Below are positions 1-11,590 of a DNA stretch of 32,000 nucleotides, piece after piece. The stretch comes from Deinococcus radiodurans R1 = ATCC 13939 = DSM 20539 (GTDB lineage: Bacteria; Deinococcota; Deinococci; Deinococcales; Deinococcaceae): positions 1,790,603 through 1,822,602 of the forward strand of contig NC_001263.1 in NCBI RefSeq assembly GCF_000008565.1, read 5' to 3'. The notes beneath the pieces were generated by a model, which was not told where the DNA came from, ran no database searches, and saw nothing but the letters and a program-made list of their open reading frames with translations. How positions within the stretch are numbered: the stretch's first letter is position 1; each line of letters opens with the position of its first letter. The position numbers were made by a program, and so were the translations under genes.

Positions 1-407
1 GGAGCGTGCAGTGGGCGCGGGAAGTGCGCGCAGTCGTCATTCAGCAGATTGGTAAAAAGGGTCAGGTCACCGGCTACGCGGTGCTGTTCAGCACCGCTGT
101 GACCATGCCGGCTCATGAGGTCATGGCGCTGTATCGAAGCCGCTTTGAGATCGAACTGATCTTCCGGGATGCCAAACAGTTCCTGGGGGGCCAGGATGTG
201 CAACTGCGGTCACAGCAGGGCATCGAGGCGCATTGGAACGTGGTGCTGCTGACCCTGAATCTTTGCCGACTGGAGGCCCTGCGAGCGGCAGGTGGCGGGC
301 AGGATCTGGTGTTCAGTCTCGAAGACATGAAACGCAGGGCGTATAACGCCCTGCTGGCCCAGGTCATTTTATCCAATCTGGACCTCTCGGCTCGCTTTGA
401 AGAATGA
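1..407 (+). CDS. IS4-superfamily DDE transposase, C-terminal fragment (5' part lies outside the window)
   Basis: The ORF runs in from the window edge. The translation contains YRSRFEIELIFRDAK, which fits the IS4 signature Y-x2-R-x3-E-x6-K. The rest of the C-terminus looks IS4/IS701-like. Confidence 0.75.
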   Translation, partial: SVQWAREVRAVVIQQIGKKGQVTGYAVLFSTAVTMPAHEVMALYRSRFEIELIFRDAKQFLGGQDVQLRSQQGIEAHWNVVLLTLNLCRLEALRAAGGGQDLVFSLEDMKRRAYNALLAQVILSNLDLSARFEE

Positions 408-531
408 GCGAATTCGCCGTTCAGTCCGCTGGATTTCGGACTTAAAGCCGCCTAAAACTGCACGAACCATTGTTTATGCGCTCCGCGCAAAATTGCGCCC
501 GGACATGTCCGGTACTCAATTTGAAACCGTA

Positions 532-1284
532 TTACAGCGCTGCCCGGGGCCGCCGCCACGCGCTCAGGCTGCCGAGCAGCACCAGCCCCGCCGCCACCGC
601 CACGCCGAGCACGACGGTGGACACCTCAGGCCGGGCGACGTAGACGCCGTAAAAGGCCCACAGCAGCACCGCCGCGAAGGCGTAGTCGCGGAAGCGCCAC
701 AGGAAAAACACGCCGATGGCCGCCGCCACCACGAGCAGCAGCGCCGACCACACCGGCCCGGCAATCCCGAGGAAGCTCTGCGTGACCCCCGCACTGACGA
801 GGAACGCCGTGATGTTGGCGATGGTCGCCACGCTGATCCAGGCGAGGTAGAGGCTGACGGGAAGTTGCAGCGTCCAGCGCTCGGCGCCCTGCGGCGGCAG
901 ACTGCGCACGCTGAGGTACAGCCGGACCAGCACCGCGAGCAGCGCCAGCATGATCACCACGCTCAGCCCGATGTTGAGGCTCTGGAACGCGAGTAGCCAC
1001 GCGACATTGAGCAGGTTACCCAGGAGAAACGGCCAGAACAGCCGGTCCAGCCGCGCCCCACGCTGCGCCGGGAGCGCCTGATAGACGGCGAACACGAGCA
1101 GCCCCAGGAAAATCGGCCCCCACACCGTGAACGTCAGCCCCGCAGGGGTGAAGGCGTTCGGCAAACGGTCACTCACCTCCGCGTTGGAATTGCCGAACAG
1201 CGGCAGGGCGTTGGAGAGGTAATTCACCACCAGCGTGAGCACGGTCGCGGCGAGGAGCGTCACTTGGCGCGCAAGTCCAGTCAT
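532..1284 (-). CDS. Multi-pass membrane protein, TspO/MBR-related (long 'tryptophan-rich sensory protein'-like form)
   Basis: 250-aa ORF with high GC3 and several hydrophobic helices. The N-terminal motif NALPLFG..N.EVSD..PN.FTPAGLTFTVWGPIF resembles TspO-related membrane proteins. The family call is from memory only. Confidence 0.5.
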   Translation of the reverse strand: MTGLARQVTLLAATVLTLVVNYLSNALPLFGNSNAEVSDRLPNAFTPAGLTFTVWGPIFLGLLVFAVYQALPAQRGARLDRLFWPFLLGNLLNVAWLLAFQSLNIGLSVVIMLALLAVLVRLYLSVRSLPPQGAERWTLQLPVSLYLAWISVATIANITAFLVSAGVTQSFLGIAGPVWSALLLVVAAAIGVFFLWRFRDYAFAAVLLWAFYGVYVARPEVSTVVLGVAVAAGLVLLGSLSAWRRPRAAL

Positions 1285-1287
1285 GCC

Positions 1288-1465
1288 TCAGCTTATACGG
1301 AGCTGAACTCTTCTTCAGAGATGGCGGAAAAACGCCGCCATCTCTTCCGCGCCGCTCAGCTCCGTATTTTCTTTTACTCACTCCGTTCGGAAAAATAGTT
1401 TGATTATCCAAACTATTTTTCAAATTGGTATTAAAGGCCCTCTGCCCGCAGGGGCTGTCCGGAAG
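1288..1465. repeat. Deinococcus small noncoding repeat (SNR/SRE-type mosaic element), copy 1
   Basis: Positions 1296-1339 match 28844-28887 at 41/44 nt in the same orientation. Internal inverted repeats are TACGGAGCTGAAC (1296-1308) with GCTCAGCTCCGTA (1354-1366), and the palindrome AAAAATAGTTTG-N6-CAAACTATTTTT (1391-1420). The region is AT-richer and non-coding. Confidence 0.8.
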
Positions 1466-1539
1466 ATGACACACCCGGCATACAAACATTAGAAAATCAA
1501 TCGGTTGACTTTTTAAAGCATCTATTCCATCCTGGACCT

Positions 1540-2394
1540 ATGACGCCTCCCCCGCTCTCCCCCACCACGCACCTCGGCCCGGTGACGCTGCTCGCCCGCG
1601 ATTTGGAGGGACTGACGGCGTTTTACGCAGGGCTGCTGGGACTGAGCACGGCGCCGGACGGCTCAGGCCGCGTGGTGCTGAGCGCTCACGGCACGCCGCT
1701 GCTGCGCCTGGAAGCGGCGCCCGACCTGCCCCGCGCGCCGGTGAGCAGGCCGGGGCTCTACCACACCGCCTTCCTGCTCCCCACCCGCGCCGACCTGGGC
1801 CGCTGGGTGGCGCACGCGGCGGGACTGGGCAGCGGACTGGGCAGCGGCGACCACCTGGTGAGCGAGGCGTTTTACCTCAGCGACCCGGAAGGCAACGGCA
1901 TCGAGGTCTACGCCGACCGGCCCCGCGAGGGCTGGACCTGGCGGGACGGGCAGGTGCAGATGGATACGCTGGCGGTAGACGTGCCGGGCGTGCTCGCCGA
2001 GGCCGGAATCACGCTGGACGCGCTGCGGACCGGGGAGGCGCCGCCGTATGCGGGCGCTCCTGCCGGCACGGCGCTCGGACACGTGCACCTGAAGGTCGGC
2101 CACGCTGCCGAAGCCGCGCAGTTCTACCGCGCCGTCTTAGGACTGGAGGTGGTGTCGCACCTCCCCGGCGCCGCGTTCCTCTCCTGGGGCGGCTACCACC
2201 ATCACCTCGGCCTCAACGAATGGCACACGCGCGGGCAGGGTCACCCGGAAGCGCCCGCCGCCGGCCTCAGCGGGTTCGAGGTGCGGACCCCCGACCTCGC
2301 GCCGCTGCGAGAAGAGGGCGGCTGGGAAGACCTCGGAGACGCGCTGCGCCGGGCTGACCCCTGGGGCAACGTGGTGACGGTGCGCCGGGGCTAG
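1540..2394 (+). CDS. VOC-family (glyoxalase/bleomycin-resistance/extradiol-dioxygenase fold) protein, two domains
   Basis: 284 aa. Motifs include [34 protein letters not shown] and a second half with GHVHLKV...[10 protein letters not shown], typical of the CatE/COG2514-like VOC fold. Confidence 0.7.
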   Translation: MTPPPLSPTTHLGPVTLLARDLEGLTAFYAGLLGLSTAPDGSGRVVLSAHGTPLLRLEAAPDLPRAPVSRPGLYHTAFLLPTRADLGRWVAHAAGLGSGLGSGDHLVSEAFYLSDPEGNGIEVYADRPREGWTWRDGQVQMDTLAVDVPGVLAEAGITLDALRTGEAPPYAGAPAGTALGHVHLKVGHAAEAAQFYRAVLGLEVVSHLPGAAFLSWGGYHHHLGLNEWHTRGQGHPEAPAAGLSGFEVRTPDLAPLREEGGWEDLGDALRRADPWGNVVTVRRG

Positions 2395-2410
2395 GGCGGG
2401 GGGCGAGCCG

Positions 2411-2986
2411 TCAGCGGCTCTGGATGTGGTACTCGGGGTTGGGAACGAAGCCCAGGGCGCTGCTCACGCGGTTGGTCATGTTGAACATGGCGATGACCTG
2501 CACCGCTTCCAGAATCGCCTCGTCGCTCAGGCCGGCGGCGCGCAGGGGTGCCAGGTCCGCTTCGGTCATCTCGGCGGGACGCAGCGTCAGCTTTTCGGCG
2601 TAGGCGCACATGGCCTGTTCGCGCTCCGACAATTCGGCCTGACGCCAGTTGACCGCCACGGCGTCGGCTTTCACGGCGTCGCCGGAAAACTCGCGCAGGG
2701 CGGCTCCGTGGCTGACCGCACAGTACACGCAGCGGTTGAGCCCGCTGACGACCACGGCGAGCAGTTCGCGCTCGGCATTGCTCAAGCCGCCTTCCTTGTT
2801 GACGAGCAGGTTGAAGTAGTTCCACCACGCCAGAAACTGCTCGCCGTTGAGCGCCTGCGCCCGGAACACGTTGGGCACGAAGCCCATGTTGGCCTCGGCC
2901 TTGGACCAGAGTTTTTTCACGCCTTCGTGGGCGTTGTCTTCGGTGGGAACGGCCAGGAAAGACAGCCGGGGTTGAGTTGTAGGCAT
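2411..2986 (-). CDS. AhpD-like / carboxymuconolactone decarboxylase family 'peroxidase-related enzyme'
   Basis: CxxC-type motif [11 protein letters not shown] in a CMD-like fold. I chose the start at M29 of the tracked ORF (ATG at 2986). A -10-like TATCCT (complement of 2993-2998) lies exactly 6 nt upstream, which suggests a leaderless mRNA. Confidence 0.7.
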   Translation of the reverse strand: MPTTQPRLSFLAVPTEDNAHEGVKKLWSKAEANMGFVPNVFRAQALNGEQFLAWWNYFNLLVNKEGGLSNAERELLAVVVSGLNRCVYCAVSHGAALREFSGDAVKADAVAVNWRQAELSEREQAMCAYAEKLTLRPAEMTEADLAPLRAAGLSDEAILEAVQVIAMFNMTNRVSSALGFVPNPEYHIQSR

Positions 2987-3088
2987 GAGGAGAGGATAAC
3001 CCAGTGAGTTCACTTTCCTTTTGACAGTCTTCTGTCCCGCAGCCGTTGACACTGCCGCCTGCCCCGGCATCCGCGCTATCTTGCAGCC

Positions 3089-3136
3089 ATGTCCGCTCGC
3101 ACCCTCCGCCTGATCTGGTGGCCTCGCCTCACCTAG
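3089..3136 (+). promoter_or_regulatory. Candidate trp leader peptide ORF ([15 protein letters not shown]), tandem Trp codons
   Basis: 15-codon ORF with TGG-TGG at 3116-3121. TATCTT (3077-3082) lies 6 nt upstream of the ATG and there is no SD. A terminator hairpin follows, directly before trpG. Confidence 0.65.
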
Positions 3137-3163
3137 GCGGGTGACGTTGCGTCTTTTCTTCCC

Positions 3164-3200
3164 GCGCCTGGGTGAACTTCTCCGTTCACTGGGCGCTTTT
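3164..3200 (+). terminator. Attenuator-type intrinsic terminator in the trpG 5' leader
   Basis: GCGCC(3164-3168)..GTGAAC-ttctcc-GTTCAC..GGCGC(3192-3196) forms 5+6 bp with a small internal loop. TTTTCATTT follows. The structure ends about 15 nt before the trpG start codon. Confidence 0.6.
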
Positions 3201-3214
3201 CATTTGGAGTCTTC

Positions 3215-3820
3215 ATGTCTGATACCCCCCTGAGCCTGCTGCTGATCGACAATTACGACTCTTTTACCTACAACCTGGTGCAGTATTTCGGCGCTCTGGG
3301 CTGTGAGCTGACGGTGTGGCGCAACGACGCCTTTACGCTCGACGATGTGCGCCAGCTTGATCCCGACGCCATCGTGGTGTCGCCCGGCCCCTGCACGCCG
3401 CTCGAAGCGGGCCTGAGCGTGGACGTGGTGCGCGAACTCGGGCCGCAGTACCCGCTGCTCGGCGTGTGCCTGGGCCACCAAAGCATCGGGCAGGCGTTCG
3501 GGGCGCGGGTGGAGCGGGCGCAGCGGCCCGTCCACGGCAAGACGAGCGCGGTGCGGCACGGGAACACCGACCTCTTTGCCGGACTGCCGCAGGACGTGCG
3601 CGTGACCCGGTATCACTCACTGGTCGTGCGCGGGCTGCCGCCGGAGCTGGAAGCGACCGCCTGGAGCAGCGACCCCGAGGAAGAGGTCGTCATGGCGCTG
3701 CGCCACCGCGAATACCCCATCTACGGCGTGCAATTTCACCCCGAAAGCATCGAAACCCAGGAGGGCCTGCACATGCTGGAGAACTTTTTGCGCCTGGTAC
3801 GCGAGCGGAGGGCCGCGTGA
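3215..3820 (+). CDS. trpG: Anthranilate synthase component II (glutamine amidotransferase)
   Basis: 201 aa, class-I GATase. Motifs LLIDNYDSFTYNL, GVCLGHQSIG and GVQFHPES. GGAG SD upstream. Adjacent to trpD. Confidence 0.93.
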   Translation: MSDTPLSLLLIDNYDSFTYNLVQYFGALGCELTVWRNDAFTLDDVRQLDPDAIVVSPGPCTPLEAGLSVDVVRELGPQYPLLGVCLGHQSIGQAFGARVERAQRPVHGKTSAVRHGNTDLFAGLPQDVRVTRYHSLVVRGLPPELEATAWSSDPEEEVVMALRHREYPIYGVQFHPESIETQEGLHMLENFLRLVRERRAA

Positions 3821-4857
3821 CCGCTCCCACTGCTCAGTCCATGCAGGCCCAGCCCATTCACGCCCGGCTGATGAACGGCGAGGTGCTCAGTCAGGACGAC
3901 GCGACCGCCTTCATGCGTGAAGTCATGTCGGGGGACATGAGCGGCGTGCGGATGGCGGCGGCGCTCGCGGCCCTGCGGGTGCGCGGCGAAACGCCCGAGG
4001 AAATCGCCGGCTTTGCCCAGGCCATGCGCGAGAGCGCCGTCACGGTCAAGGTTCGCCCCCGCGACGTGCTGATGGACGTGGTGGGCACCGGGGGCGACGG
4101 GGCGCACACCTTCAACATCTCGACGACCACCGCCTTCGTGCTGGCGGGCGCAGGTGTACCCATCGCCAAGCACGGCAACCGCGCCGCGAGTTCGCGGGCC
4201 GGGAGCGCGGACGTGCTCGAAGCCCTGGGGGTCAACCTCGACGCCTCGCCCGAGGTGATTCAGGAAGCCATCGACACGCTCGGAGTGGGCTTCATGTTCG
4301 CCCGCAACTACCACCCCGCGCTGCGGCACGCCGCCCCGGTGCGCTCGGACCTCGCCGCCCGTACGGTGTTCAACATCCTGGGGCCGCTGTCCAACCCTGC
4401 CGGGGCCACCCACCTCGTCGTGGGCGTATTCCGCGCCGACCTGACGCGCACGCTCGCCGAGGCGCTGCGGCACCTGGGCGCGAAAGGGGCGACTGTGGTC
4501 TACGGCGACGGCCTCGACGAATTCACCGTCTGTGGCCCCAACACGGTCTCGGGCCTGCGAGATGGCGAAATTATTGACCGGACGATGCATCCCGAGGAAT
4601 TTGGTGTAGACCTGCACCCCAAAACGGCGATTGTGGGTGGCAGCCCCGCCGAGAATGCCGAAATCACCCACGCCCTGCTGACCGGCGGCGGCACCCCGGC
4701 GCAAAAGGACATCGTGGCGCTCAATGCCGGGGCCGCGCTGCGGACGGCGGGCCGGGTCGGGACTATTCGCGAAGGCGTGGAGCAGGCCCGCGAAGTCATG
4801 AAAGGCGGGCAAGGCTGGGAGATGCTGCAAAAGTACGGTGCGTTGACCAAGCGCTAG
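3817..4857 (+). CDS. trpD: Anthranilate phosphoribosyltransferase
   Basis: Motifs DVVGTGGDGAHTFNISTT, KHGNRAASSRAGSADVLEALG and NILGPLSNPA. The start is either the GTG at 3817, which overlaps the trpG stop (GTGA), or the in-frame ATG at 3841. The upstream part of the tracked ORF (3466-3816) overlaps trpG and is not coding. Confidence 0.92.
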   Translation: MTAPTAQSMQAQPIHARLMNGEVLSQDDATAFMREVMSGDMSGVRMAAALAALRVRGETPEEIAGFAQAMRESAVTVKVRPRDVLMDVVGTGGDGAHTFNISTTTAFVLAGAGVPIAKHGNRAASSRAGSADVLEALGVNLDASPEVIQEAIDTLGVGFMFARNYHPALRHAAPVRSDLAARTVFNILGPLSNPAGATHLVVGVFRADLTRTLAEALRHLGAKGATVVYGDGLDEFTVCGPNTVSGLRDGEIIDRTMHPEEFGVDLHPKTAIVGGSPAENAEITHALLTGGGTPAQKDIVALNAGAALRTAGRVGTIREGVEQAREVMKGGQGWEMLQKYGALTKR

Positions 4858-4868
4858 AGCAAGACGAC

Positions 4869-4910
4869 GAAAAAGGCGCCCCCACCATCGGGAGCGCCCT
4901 TTTTTTTATT
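4869..4910. terminator. Bidirectional intrinsic terminator between convergent genes
   Basis: AAAAAGGCGCCCCC-accatc-GGGAGCGCCCTTTTTTTT. It has an A-run on one side and a T-run on the other. It sits between the trpD stop and the stop of the minus-strand gene. Confidence 0.8.
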
Positions 4911-4918
4911 GCCGGGAA

Positions 4919-5437
<519 letters not shown>

Positions 5438-5570
5438 AGCGAGTCACATCTTAGGGCGCTAGTTTGAGGCGCGTCCACCAGTTGACCCAAGACCTACTCA
5501 CTGGGTAAAGGGTGCTTAAAGACACCATTGACGATCCCGTCCTGTCCCCCCACAAGGAGCCGACCTGTCC

Positions 5571-7295
5571 ATGCCTGACCCCGCTGCCCGCCGCTTTTCC
5601 CTGCCCCCTTTTCCGCTGGCCGCTCTGGCCCTGAGTGTGGCCCTGCTGGGAGCGCCCGCCTCCCTTGCGCAGACCGCCGCGCCTGCCCCTGCGCCGGCCC
5701 AGACGCCCGCTGCCGCCAGCCGCGCCGCCGCGCCCCGCGTGAGCTGGACCAAGCCGCTCAAGGTGTCGTCGCCGGTCAGCATCGGCCCGCGCGGCGAGCT
5801 GACCTACGTGGGCAACGACAGCCGAGTGCACCGCACCGATGCGAGCGGCAAGGAGCTGTGGTCCTTCGCCCTCGGGGACATAGGCCGCGCCCAGCCGGTG
5901 CTGACGCCCGACGGCGGCGTGATCACGGCGGCGTATGACGACACGGTGTACGCCCTGTCCCCCGCCGGGCAACTGACCTGGAAAGCCAAACTCGACGGCG
6001 ACGTGTTCGCCAGCCCCGCCCTGCGGCCCGACGGCAGCGTGGTCGTCGCCACGGCGGGCGGCACGGTCTATGCGCTGAGCAGCAGCGGACAGACCCTCTG
6101 GAGCTACAAGGTGGGGGCGCCGGTCTTCAGTTCGCCTGCCGTGGCCGCCGACGGCACCATCTACTTTGGGGCACAAAATGGCCGACTGCACGCGCTGAGT
6201 CCCGAGGGGCGGCTGACCTGGACCTACGCGGCGCGTTCGTCGGTGTTCAGCTCGCCCGCGCTCGACGCCGAGGGCAATCTCTACTTCGGCTCGGGGGACC
6301 GCAGCATCTACAGCCTCTCTCCCGCCGGAACGCTGCGCTGGGTGCAGCCCACCGGCCTGTTCGTGAACGCCAGCCCCATCGTGACCCGCGCCGGGCTGGT
6401 GGTGGTCGGCAGCTACGATGGTCAGCTCTACGCCCTGAACACCAATGGACAGGTCGCCTGGACCTACGCCGCCGGGGCCGCCATCGCCGCGCCTGCCGCC
6501 GAACTGAGCGACGGCAGCGTGGTGGTCGGTGACCTCAACGGCACCCTGCACGCGGTGACGCCCACCGGGCAGGCGTTGTGGACGCTGCCGGGTGGCGCCA
6601 AGATCGACACCGGCGCGGCGGTCAGCGACCAGGGCACCCTCTACTTCGCGGTGGACGGCGGGAACCTCAACGCCGTCGAGAACCTGCGTCCGCTGGCGAC
6701 CGGCCCCTGGCCCACCTTCCGCGCCTCGCCGCTGGGCTGGGGCCGCAGCGCGACGGCGGCGGAGTTGACCGCTCAGACCCAGGCGCGTCAGGCCGCCGCC
6801 GCCGCGAGCACCAGTCAGCAGCCGCGTCTGCCCACGCTGGCACAGGCACCGGCTCCAACGCCTGCACCGGCTCAGACGACGCCCCGGCCACAGCCCACGC
6901 CTGCTCAGCCGGCGACGCCTGCGGCTCCGGTGCCACCGGTCGCCAGCCCAGCCCCGGCCACTGCGCGCCTCACCCCCCAGGTCATCGGCGGGGTCATCTA
7001 CCTGCCGCTTTCGCCCATCGCGGCGGGGCTGGGGTATCAGGTCCAGGCAGGCAGCCCCACCCGCGCCCTGTTGGTGGCTGGGTCGCAGCGGCTGACCGTG
7101 CCAGTGCGGGCAGTGGGCGGCCAGAGCCTGATTGCCCTGCGCTTCGTCACTGGGTTGCCGGGCGTCAGTGTTGAGCGGCAGGCTGGGACTCTCACCCTGC
7201 GCCGCGAAGGCCTGAGCGCGGCGCTGCCACTCGACCTCGCGCAACTGCTGCCGTGGGCGCCGCAGCCGGAATTCCCGGGCGTCGTGCGCCGCTGA
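5571..7295 (+). CDS. Secreted PQQ-like (BamB/YncE-type) beta-propeller repeat protein with Pro/Ala/Thr/Gln-rich linker and small C-terminal domain
   Basis: Signal peptide ending ASLAQT. About 8 repeats of the pattern G.(V/I/L)YA(L/V)(S/N)..G...W. A low-complexity PAPTPAPAQTTPRPQPTPAQPATPAAP tract follows. The C-terminal ~90 aa resembles a copper-amine-oxidase N-terminal-like 'stalk' domain, which is weak recognition only. GGAG SD upstream. Confidence 0.8.
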   Translation: MPDPAARRFSLPPFPLAALALSVALLGAPASLAQTAAPAPAPAQTPAAASRAAAPRVSWTKPLKVSSPVSIGPRGELTYVGNDSRVHRTDASGKELWSFALGDIGRAQPVLTPDGGVITAAYDDTVYALSPAGQLTWKAKLDGDVFASPALRPDGSVVVATAGGTVYALSSSGQTLWSYKVGAPVFSSPAVAADGTIYFGAQNGRLHALSPEGRLTWTYAARSSVFSSPALDAEGNLYFGSGDRSIYSLSPAGTLRWVQPTGLFVNASPIVTRAGLVVVGSYDGQLYALNTNGQVAWTYAAGAAIAAPAAELSDGSVVVGDLNGTLHAVTPTGQALWTLPGGAKIDTGAAVSDQGTLYFAVDGGNLNAVENLRPLATGPWPTFRASPLGWGRSATAAELTAQTQARQAAAAASTSQQPRLPTLAQAPAPTPAPAQTTPRPQPTPAQPATPAAPVPPVASPAPATARLTPQVIGGVIYLPLSPIAAGLGYQVQAGSPTRALLVAGSQRLTVPVRAVGGQSLIALRFVTGLPGVSVERQAGTLTLRREGLSAALPLDLAQLLPWAPQPEFPGVVRR

Positions 7296-7308
7296 AGACA
7301 GAGCAAAA

Positions 7309-7354
7309 GAAGCGGGCCGCCTGGTGAACCCTGGGCGGCCCGCTTCCTGTTTTA
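7309..7354. terminator. Bidirectional intrinsic terminator
   Basis: GAAGCGGGCCGCC (7309-7321) pairs with GGCGGCCCGCTTC (7334-7346), a 13-bp perfect stem. CTGTTTTATTT follows. It lies between convergent genes. Confidence 0.8.
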
Positions 7355-8095
7355 TTTGCGTTTGGTCTTGGACTTGGCCGGCTTTGACGGGGCGGGAGGC
7401 GTCGCTGGGCTGGCAGAGGTGGTGACCACCGTGACTGCCGGGTCCGCCGCGACCACTTCCACTTCTTCCACCTCGGGGGTCGGTGTGGGAGTCGCGGGGT
7501 CAGGAGCAGTCGTAGTTGGGTCGGCGGCGGGCACCGGAACAGGCGTCGTCGGCAAGGGGCGCGTGGCCCGGCGGCGGCTGTGCCCACGCAGCAGCAGGTT
7601 CACGAGTTGCCGCACGAAGCTGAAGGCGAGCCCGATGATCATCGGGAGCAGAGCCACGCGGCGGAATTCCTCGCTGCCGAGGAGTTTGATGGGCGTGTCG
7701 AGCGAATGCCCCAACTTGTCGGCGCCGAGCACCGCCCCCGCATAGATCAGGCCGGCGAAGGGCAGCACGAGAACCCCACCCGAGTGCTTGACCAGCAGCA
7801 GGGCAAACAGCGCGGCGGCTATCAGGGGCGCCACCACGAGCCACTGCTCTGGCGTGGCCCCCGGCGCGAGAAACACCAACGCCCCCAGCGCCAGCCCCAG
7901 GTAGCCGAACCAGCCCGCGCACTCGTCGGCGAGGATAGTCAGCAGCACCCAGACGAACAGTTTGTTGGTCCAGACGCCGGGGGTCCACAGAAAGTAAGCC
8001 AGCCCGGCCAGCAGCGCCAGCCCGAGCAGAACACGCAGGAACGTCCACAGGGCCTTGCGGTCAGCCTGGGCAGAAGGAGCAGCGGCAACGGTCAT
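7352..8095 (-). CDS. Integral membrane protein with Pro/Thr-rich, Lys-terminated C-terminal tail
   Basis: 247 aa with about 6 hydrophobic helices, then PTTPVPVPAADPTTTAPDPATPTPTPEVEEVEVV...KPAKSKTKRK. High GC3. GAGGG SD 5 nt upstream of the ATG. Confidence 0.65.
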   Translation of the reverse strand: MTVAAAPSAQADRKALWTFLRVLLGLALLAGLAYFLWTPGVWTNKLFVWVLLTILADECAGWFGYLGLALGALVFLAPGATPEQWLVVAPLIAAALFALLLVKHSGGVLVLPFAGLIYAGAVLGADKLGHSLDTPIKLLGSEEFRRVALLPMIIGLAFSFVRQLVNLLLRGHSRRRATRPLPTTPVPVPAADPTTTAPDPATPTPTPEVEEVEVVAADPAVTVVTTSASPATPPAPSKPAKSKTKRK

Positions 8096-8195
8096 GCGCC
8101 CTCAGTTTTAGCACGTGCGCGCCAAAGTTCTCTGCTCCCGGCCCACTGACCGGCTTCCAGCGGGGCGAGGCGACACGGCCCAGTGGGATGCCGCT

Positions 8196-8336
8196 CGCCG
8201 TTGATACGTCCTGCGTCCGATTCCTTAAAATCCAGAAAAGCACTGGATTTTAGTCCATCTCCCGCAGGACGTATTCTTTGCTTCTCGCTCTGCTCGGGTT
8301 GAATCGCTCAAATTGAGCGCTTCAACCGCAACCGCT
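8196..8336. repeat. Deinococcus small noncoding repeat (SNR-type), copy 2
   Basis: Nested inverted repeats: ATACGTCCTGCG/CGCAGGACGTAT, AAAATCCAG/CTGGATTTT and GTTGAATCGCTCAA/TTGAGCGCTTCAAC. It shares modules (TGCT.CTCGC.CTGCT, GGxTTGAATC hairpin) with copy 4. It lies immediately downstream of the uvrA stop. Confidence 0.7.
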
Positions 8337-8337
8337 A

Positions 8338-11388
<3,051 letters not shown>

Positions 11389-11435
11389 GAAGCTCCTTTT
11401 GGCTGTCCTGCACGCCTTTTGGCAACAGGGCATGA

Positions 11436-11452
11436 TTACGGCAGGCGCGTAA
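11436..11452 (-). promoter_or_regulatory. RDRM-like 17-bp palindrome (putative DdrO operator) upstream of uvrA
   Basis: The gene-strand sequence TTACGCGCCTGCCGTAA fits TTMYG-N7-CRKAA. It lies 48 nt upstream of the uvrA ATG. uvrA is a reported member of the Deinococcus radiation/desiccation response regulon. Confidence 0.6.
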
Positions 11453-11590
11453 GGCAGCCTTGGCCCTACGTTCTCAAACGGAATATTCTAACAGGTCGCC
11501 CGGCCCTGAATGTGCTGCGTAAAGGCAGGAAAAACCGCCCCGGCGAGGGCGGCGTGGGGTAAATCATTCGATGTTCAACCTCGATCACCC

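Noticed and set aside
3021-3051. Two TTGACA hexamers (3021-3026, 3046-3051) as -35 elements for the trp leader promoter
   Set aside because: Spacing to the TATCTT -10 box is 25 nt or more, which is too long for a canonical sigma-70 promoter. They may serve the divergent gene or be fortuitous.
3466-3816. N-terminal extension of the trpD ORF
   Set aside because: It lies entirely within trpG in another frame and its translation is Arg/Ala/Gly-rich. TrpD homology begins after 3817/3841.
5451-7244. 597-aa minus-strand ORF antisense to the beta-propeller gene
   Set aside because: The translation is Arg/Gly/Ala/Pro-rich and low-complexity, as expected for an open antisense frame in high-GC DNA. 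The plus-strand frame has clear repeats, a signal peptide and an SD.
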